Sequence record: SRR22947727_793
Direction: 5' to 3' (one strand)
DNA length: 64,000 bases
Positions 59,266 through 64,000 of the stretch are shown in pieces. Under the pieces are notes generated by a model that did not search any database, was not told the DNA's origin, and was given only the letters and a program-made list of their open reading frames with translations. Position 1 is the stretch's first letter. Every line of letters begins with the position of its first letter. A program made the position numbers and the translations under genes.

Positions 59266-59887
59266 GTGCGTCTTCTTTTCTAAGCTAAGGGGCGGTTCGA
59301 TCTCCGCAAACCGCGTGCCTAAGCCGTTTGACCCGCTTTGTATAGGTGCAAGATCACGCTCTTGGCACGCAAAGCGCTTAGTTTTGATTAAATTGGGCGT
59401 TTCCAGCCTTTTAAAGCAAGGTATCGAGGCAAAGCGCTGCTCTGATAGGGCCAAAAAACCGATGCATGCTCGGCGCAGCGCTTCCGTGTTAACCGGCGGG
59501 CTGGATCGCAGGGCATACGACCAGTTGTAGCATACAGTCTGCGATATTTAGCGCCGCAGCGGGCGCCCCGGCACGCGTCGACGCGCTCATAGCCTTAAGA
59601 TACCTGCTTATTAATATCAATTTAATCGATTCAATTGGTGTTTAGGCTTTAAAACAGGCCATAAAGGTTGTAGGCGTCTTCTGTGAATATAGGCAATTGG
59701 TAGGTGGTTTGCGAAATGGATGCCCCTGAAGGATCAGACGCAGTTGCGAAGGCCTTAAAATATACATTGGCCATTATGTTTTGTATTTGCTTGATCGGCG
59801 CAGCGGTCTTGGGACTTGTGGTGTTATTCGTCAACGTGCTGCAATAACCATGCAAATGCGATCTCTGCGGGCCCTGTCTTGAGAGAT

Positions 59888-60649
59888 CTAAAGCAACCCT
59901 GCTGATCGAAAACTGAAACTGTCTCCGCGGCCAATGATCAAATGATCGTGAATGCAAATGCCCACTGCATCGGCCGCCGCCACGATCTGCGCGGTCAGAG
60001 TTCTATCCTGAGGCGATAGCTGCGGATTTCCAGAGGGGTGGTTATGCACCAGAATTAGCGCGGATGCATTGAGCTGTAGCGCACGTTTCAAAATCTCACG
60101 CTGGTAAACCGGCACATGAGCAACCGTGCCTTCACTCTGCTGCTCTTGCACGATCAAAACGTTCTTACGATCAAGAAACAGGACCCAAAACCCCTCTAAG
60201 GCGCGGTGGGCAATGGTGATTTGACAATGCTCTAACAACCGATCCCAACTGGAAAGGATTTGCCTACCCAAAATGCGCGTCTGCGATAAACGATGGGCAG
60301 CCGACTTAACGATTTTCAACTCGGTTACCACGGCGCCCCCGATACCCGGCACCGATAAGAGCTGATCAATCGGAGCAGAAATCACCCCGTTAAAACCGTG
60401 AAACCGCTCTAATAAACAGCGCGCCAGAGGTTTCACATCTTGGCGGCGCAGCGCGCGAAACAAGACCAGTTCGAGCAATTCATAATCCGGCATCGCCGCC
60501 AGGCCTGCGCGGTCAAAGCGTTCGCGCAGGCGTTTGCGGTGGTCTTTCAAATAAGAGGGTAGCGGCTTGGCAGGGGCCGCCGATAATCCCGCAGCCTCAG
60601 AGGGAAACAGGGATATCTGCTTTGGTGATAAACTCTTGGAAAGTGCCAT
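59888..60649 (-). CDS. radC: RadC/JAB-domain protein
   Basis: HRKRLRERF, DYELLELVL, VHNHPSG...D, HDHLIIG. Confidence 0.92.
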   Translation of the reverse strand: MALSKSLSPKQISLFPSEAAGLSAAPAKPLPSYLKDHRKRLRERFDRAGLAAMPDYELLELVLFRALRRQDVKPLARCLLERFHGFNGVISAPIDQLLSVPGIGGAVVTELKIVKSAAHRLSQTRILGRQILSSWDRLLEHCQITIAHRALEGFWVLFLDRKNVLIVQEQQSEGTVAHVPVYQREILKRALQLNASALILVHNHPSGNPQLSPQDRTLTAQIVAAADAVGICIHDHLIIGRGDSFSFRSAGLL

Positions 60650-60697
60650 AGCCTATGCTGAGGGGGCCATGGTTTAAAAAGCCTTAACAGCGACCTG

Positions 60698-61834
60698 CTA
60701 ACCCTTCATCGTATCCCAGAATGATTTTACAGATGAAAAGAAACTTTTGCTTTCAGGATTGTTATCTTCCGAAAGCGCTTCAAATTCACGCAGTAACTCG
60801 CGCTGTTTTGAGGTTAGATTCACCGGTGTTTCCACGGCTATCTCGATAAACATATCGCCTTTTTGCGCTGATTTTATCGCGGGCATGCCTTTGCCGCGCA
60901 ACCGCATTTGACGCCCAGATTGGCTGCCAGCTGGAATTTTTACGCGGCTGCGACCACCATCCATCGTGGGCACTTCTATATCGCCGCCCAGCGCAGCACC
61001 CGACATTGATACGGGAATTCGGCAGAACAAACTGTTCCCGTCGCGTTGGAATATTTTATGCTCGCGCACTTCAATAAAGATATAAAGATCACCAGCCGGC
61101 CCGCCTCGCAGCCCAGCCTCCCCCTCATTGGACAGACGAATGCGCGTGCCCGTTTCCACGCCCGCTGGCACATTCACGCTGAGCGATCGGTCTTTATTGG
61201 AACGCCCTTGGCCACCGCAGCTTGAGCAGGGATTGCTGATCACCTGGCCCATACCGGAACAGCTGGGGCAAGTACGCTCAACCGTAAAGAAGCCCTGCGA
61301 GGCGCGCACTTTGCCCATTCCCGAACAGGTTGGGCAGGTGCTGGGTTCTGACCCTCCGGCGGCACCGCTGCCGTTACAGGGGCTACATTGCACAGAGGTG
61401 GGCACATTGATGGATTTTTGCAATCCAGAATAGGCATCTTCCAAAGAGATTTCTAAATTATAGCGCAGATCGGATCCACGAGACGCCCGAGACCGTCCGC
61501 CACCGCGCTGTCCACCTCCCATGAAATCACCAAATAAATCATCGAATACATCCGAAAATGCGCTTGAAAAATCGCCTTGGCGCTGTCCACCGCCGCCGCC
61601 CATGCCACCTTCAAAAGCCGCATGGCCAAAGCGATCATACGCCGCTTTGCGTTCAGGGTCCTTTAACACATCATAGGCCTCATTGGCCTCTTTAAACTTT
61701 GATTCTGCGCTGGGGTCAGAGGTATTGCGATCAGGATGAAGCTCTTTGGCCTTGCTACGATAGCCTTTTTTAATTTCCTCCGCAGAGGCCCCTTTAGAAA
61801 GCCCGAGCACTTCGTAATAATCACGTTTTGACAT
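60698..61834 (-). CDS. dnaJ: Chaperone DnaJ
   Basis: J-domain HPD, G/F region, four CxxCxGxG repeats. Confidence 0.97.
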   Translation of the reverse strand: MSKRDYYEVLGLSKGASAEEIKKGYRSKAKELHPDRNTSDPSAESKFKEANEAYDVLKDPERKAAYDRFGHAAFEGGMGGGGGQRQGDFSSAFSDVFDDLFGDFMGGGQRGGGRSRASRGSDLRYNLEISLEDAYSGLQKSINVPTSVQCSPCNGSGAAGGSEPSTCPTCSGMGKVRASQGFFTVERTCPSCSGMGQVISNPCSSCGGQGRSNKDRSLSVNVPAGVETGTRIRLSNEGEAGLRGGPAGDLYIFIEVREHKIFQRDGNSLFCRIPVSMSGAALGGDIEVPTMDGGRSRVKIPAGSQSGRQMRLRGKGMPAIKSAQKGDMFIEIAVETPVNLTSKQRELLREFEALSEDNNPESKSFFSSVKSFWDTMKG

Positions 61835-61860
61835 GCACCATCTTTCCTTTTTGAAGCACA

Positions 61861-61890
61861 AAACCGGCCTTCAATTACGAGGGCCGGTTT
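61861..61890 (-). terminator. Hairpin between dnaK and dnaJ
   Basis: AAACCGGCC/GGCCGGTTT stem. Confidence 0.6.
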
Positions 61891-61910
61891 GCAAGGTTCA
61901 ATGCCTCAGT

Positions 61911-63824
61911 TTAAGAGCGGTTACGATCATCCAGATCTTCGAAATCCGCGTCGACGATATCATCTTCGCCTTCACCCATATCCGCCGCAGATGGCTCAGC
62001 GTCACCACCCTCTTCTTGACTGGCCTTATAAATCGCCTCGCCCAGTTTCATGGCGGCTTCCGTTACGTTTTGAACGCCAGATTTAATTTTTGCGGCATTA
62101 TCGGTTTCAAGATCATCCTTCAACGCCACAATCGCCAACTCGATCGCTTCGATTGTTGTTGGATCGACCTTGTCAGCGTGCTCTTCCATCGACTTCTCTG
62201 TGGAATGGATCATGCTTTCCGCTTGGTTTTTAGCTTCAATCAGCTCACGGCGCTCTTTGTCTGACTCGGCGTTTTCTTCCGCTTCGCGCACCATATTATC
62301 GATGTCTTCATCCGACAATCCACCCGAGGCTTGGATGGTAATGGTTTGCTCTTTACCGGTGCCTTTATCTTTCGCCGCCACCGACACAATCCCGTTGGCG
62401 TCAATGTCAAAGGTTACCTCAATCTGCGGCATACCGCGCGGGGCCGGAGGAATATTTTCAAGGTTAAATTCGCCCAGAATTTTGTTATCCTGCGCCATTT
62501 CACGCTCGCCTTGGAAAACCCGAATGGTCACAGCACCCTGATTGTCTTCCGCGGTTGAGAACACCTGCGATTTCTTGGTGGGGATTGTTGTGTTGCGGTC
62601 GATCAACCGCGTGAACACCCCGCCCAAGGTTTCGATACCCAAAGACAAAGGCGTCACATCCAGTAGAACAACATCTTTTACATCGCCCTGCAAAACGCCG
62701 GCTTGGATCGCCGCACCCATCGCCACAACTTCATCCGGGTTCACCCCTTTATGCGGCTCTTTGCCAAAGAACTTGCTGACTTCTTCATGCACCTTGGGCA
62801 TGCGGGTCATACCGCCGACCAAGACCACTTCATCAATATCGCTGGTGCTCAGCCCGGCATCTTTCAAAGCCGCCTGACAAGGTTTCATAGAGGCTTTGAT
62901 CAAATCGCCCACAAGGCTTTCCAATTTCGCACGCGTGAGTTTCATCACCATATGCAATGGCTGACCAGTGCTGGCATCCATCGAAATAAACGGTTGGTTG
63001 ATTTCGGTTTGCGTGGCCGATGACAGTTCAATCTTGGCCTTCTCGGCCGCTTCTTTCAGCCGCTGTAGCGCCATCTTATCTTTTGAAAGATCAACGCCGT
63101 TTTCTTTTTTGAACTCATCCGCAAGATAATTCACGATGCGCATGTCGAAATCTTCACCACCCAAAAACGTATCGCCATTGGTAGATTTCACTTCGAACAA
63201 GCCATCATCGATTTCAAGAATGGTCACATCGAATGTACCACCGCCAAGATCATACACCGCAATAATTTTGGTTTCTTTTTTATCCAAACCATAGGCCAAC
63301 GCGGCCGCTGTGGGTTCGTTGATAATCCGCAGCACTTCCAAACCGGCAATTTTTCCAGCGTCTTTTGTGGCCTGGCGCTGCGCGTCATTGAAATAGGCAG
63401 GCACTGTGATCACGGCTTGCGTCACATCCTCGCCCAGATAAGCTTCTGCTGTTTCCTTCATCTTTTGCAAAATAAAGGCGGAAATCTGGCTCGGGCTATA
63501 GGTCTCGTCTTGGGCTTTTACCCAGGCATCGCCATTGCCACCATCCACCACCGCAAAGGGCAGGTTCTTTTTATCTTTTGCCAAATCTGCGTCATCATTA
63601 CGCCGCCCAATCAATCGTTTCACACCAAAAATGGTGTTTTCAGGGTTCGTAACGGCTTGGCGCTTGGCGGGCTGGCCAACTAAACGTTCGGCATCTGTAA
63701 AGGCAACAATTGACGGTGTGGTGCGTGCGCCTTCAGCGTTTTCAATCACCCGAGGCTGCGCCCCGTCCATAATTGAAATACAGCTGTTGGTCGTTCCAAG
63801 ATCAATTCCGATAACTTTGGCCAT
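61911..63824 (-). CDS. dnaK: Chaperone DnaK (Hsp70)
   Basis: [32 protein letters not shown]. Confidence 0.99.
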   Translation of the reverse strand: MAKVIGIDLGTTNSCISIMDGAQPRVIENAEGARTTPSIVAFTDAERLVGQPAKRQAVTNPENTIFGVKRLIGRRNDDADLAKDKKNLPFAVVDGGNGDAWVKAQDETYSPSQISAFILQKMKETAEAYLGEDVTQAVITVPAYFNDAQRQATKDAGKIAGLEVLRIINEPTAAALAYGLDKKETKIIAVYDLGGGTFDVTILEIDDGLFEVKSTNGDTFLGGEDFDMRIVNYLADEFKKENGVDLSKDKMALQRLKEAAEKAKIELSSATQTEINQPFISMDASTGQPLHMVMKLTRAKLESLVGDLIKASMKPCQAALKDAGLSTSDIDEVVLVGGMTRMPKVHEEVSKFFGKEPHKGVNPDEVVAMGAAIQAGVLQGDVKDVVLLDVTPLSLGIETLGGVFTRLIDRNTTIPTKKSQVFSTAEDNQGAVTIRVFQGEREMAQDNKILGEFNLENIPPAPRGMPQIEVTFDIDANGIVSVAAKDKGTGKEQTITIQASGGLSDEDIDNMVREAEENAESDKERRELIEAKNQAESMIHSTEKSMEEHADKVDPTTIEAIELAIVALKDDLETDNAAKIKSGVQNVTEAAMKLGEAIYKASQEEGGDAEPSAADMGEGEDDIVDADFEDLDDRNRS

Positions 63825-63930
63825 AAATTTGATCCCTCTTCAATTTAGGCGATACGACCAACGTCAACCCATGCGGTTTTGGCGCGGCGTACTAAATGTT
63901 TGCGTAAATGCGCAAATCTGCGCCGTGTGT

Positions 63931-63959
63931 ATATAGGCAGGGGGTTTGCGACCTGCAAG
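63931..63959 (-). promoter_or_regulatory. RpoH (sigma32)-type promoter of dnaK
   Basis: Minus strand CTTG-N18-CCTATAT, matching the alphaproteobacterial heat-shock consensus. Confidence 0.7.
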
Positions 63960-64000
63960 CTTTCACAAGGCCAAGAATGCTTAAATTTAAATAAAATTTT

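Noticed and set aside
59266..59454. 63-aa N-terminal extension of the DEAD-box helicase
   Set aside because: An upstream in-frame start artefact; family similarity begins at the GTG at 59265. Starts of pckA, tctC, soxB, dnaJ and others were trimmed likewise
59649..59957. 102-aa minus-strand ORF after radC
   Set aside because: Overlaps radC, has no clear RBS or motif; a shorter peptide cannot be excluded
1..64000. CRISPR array, rRNA, IS transposase or recognisable anti-phage defence operon
   Set aside because: No spaced repeat array or matching protein motifs found by eye; the cyclases lack the adjacent effector layout of Pycsar/CBASS

Overview
Chromosomal window from what looks like a marine alphaproteobacterium (Rhodobacteraceae/Roseobacter-like, inferred from gene content and protein style). 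The left end (1-2423) is the right arm of an AT-rich integrated element: a RepB-like primase cut by the window edge, a small hypothetical gene, alpA and a P4-type integrase, ending at a tRNA-3'-like att core. A degraded second integrase follows. The rest is mostly catabolic and regulatory. It includes a cyclase-TPR protein, a split sulfonate module (hpsR-like, hpsP-like, suyAB), TctCBA with TctDE, an orphan binding protein and AbrB, a membrane adenylate cyclase near a stand-alone cNMP-binding protein, pckA and tauE. Further right are an M24 hydrolase/racemase/sarcosine oxidase operon, several one-component regulator modules, a globin plus glutathionyl-hydroquinone reductase pair, the frc fructose ABC cluster, a betaine-type ABC transporter with a decaying cuyA-like gene and frameshifted LysR, a DEAD-box helicase, radC and dnaJ-dnaK. 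No rRNA, complete tRNA or CRISPR array was seen. The best candidates for undescribed systems are the cyclase with MotA-like membrane repeats, the metal-free M24/racemase/Sox pathway, the inverted-topology membrane wHTH regulator module, the globin with a SAP-like tail, and the satellite-like element. All assignments come from reading motifs by eye; no searches were run.
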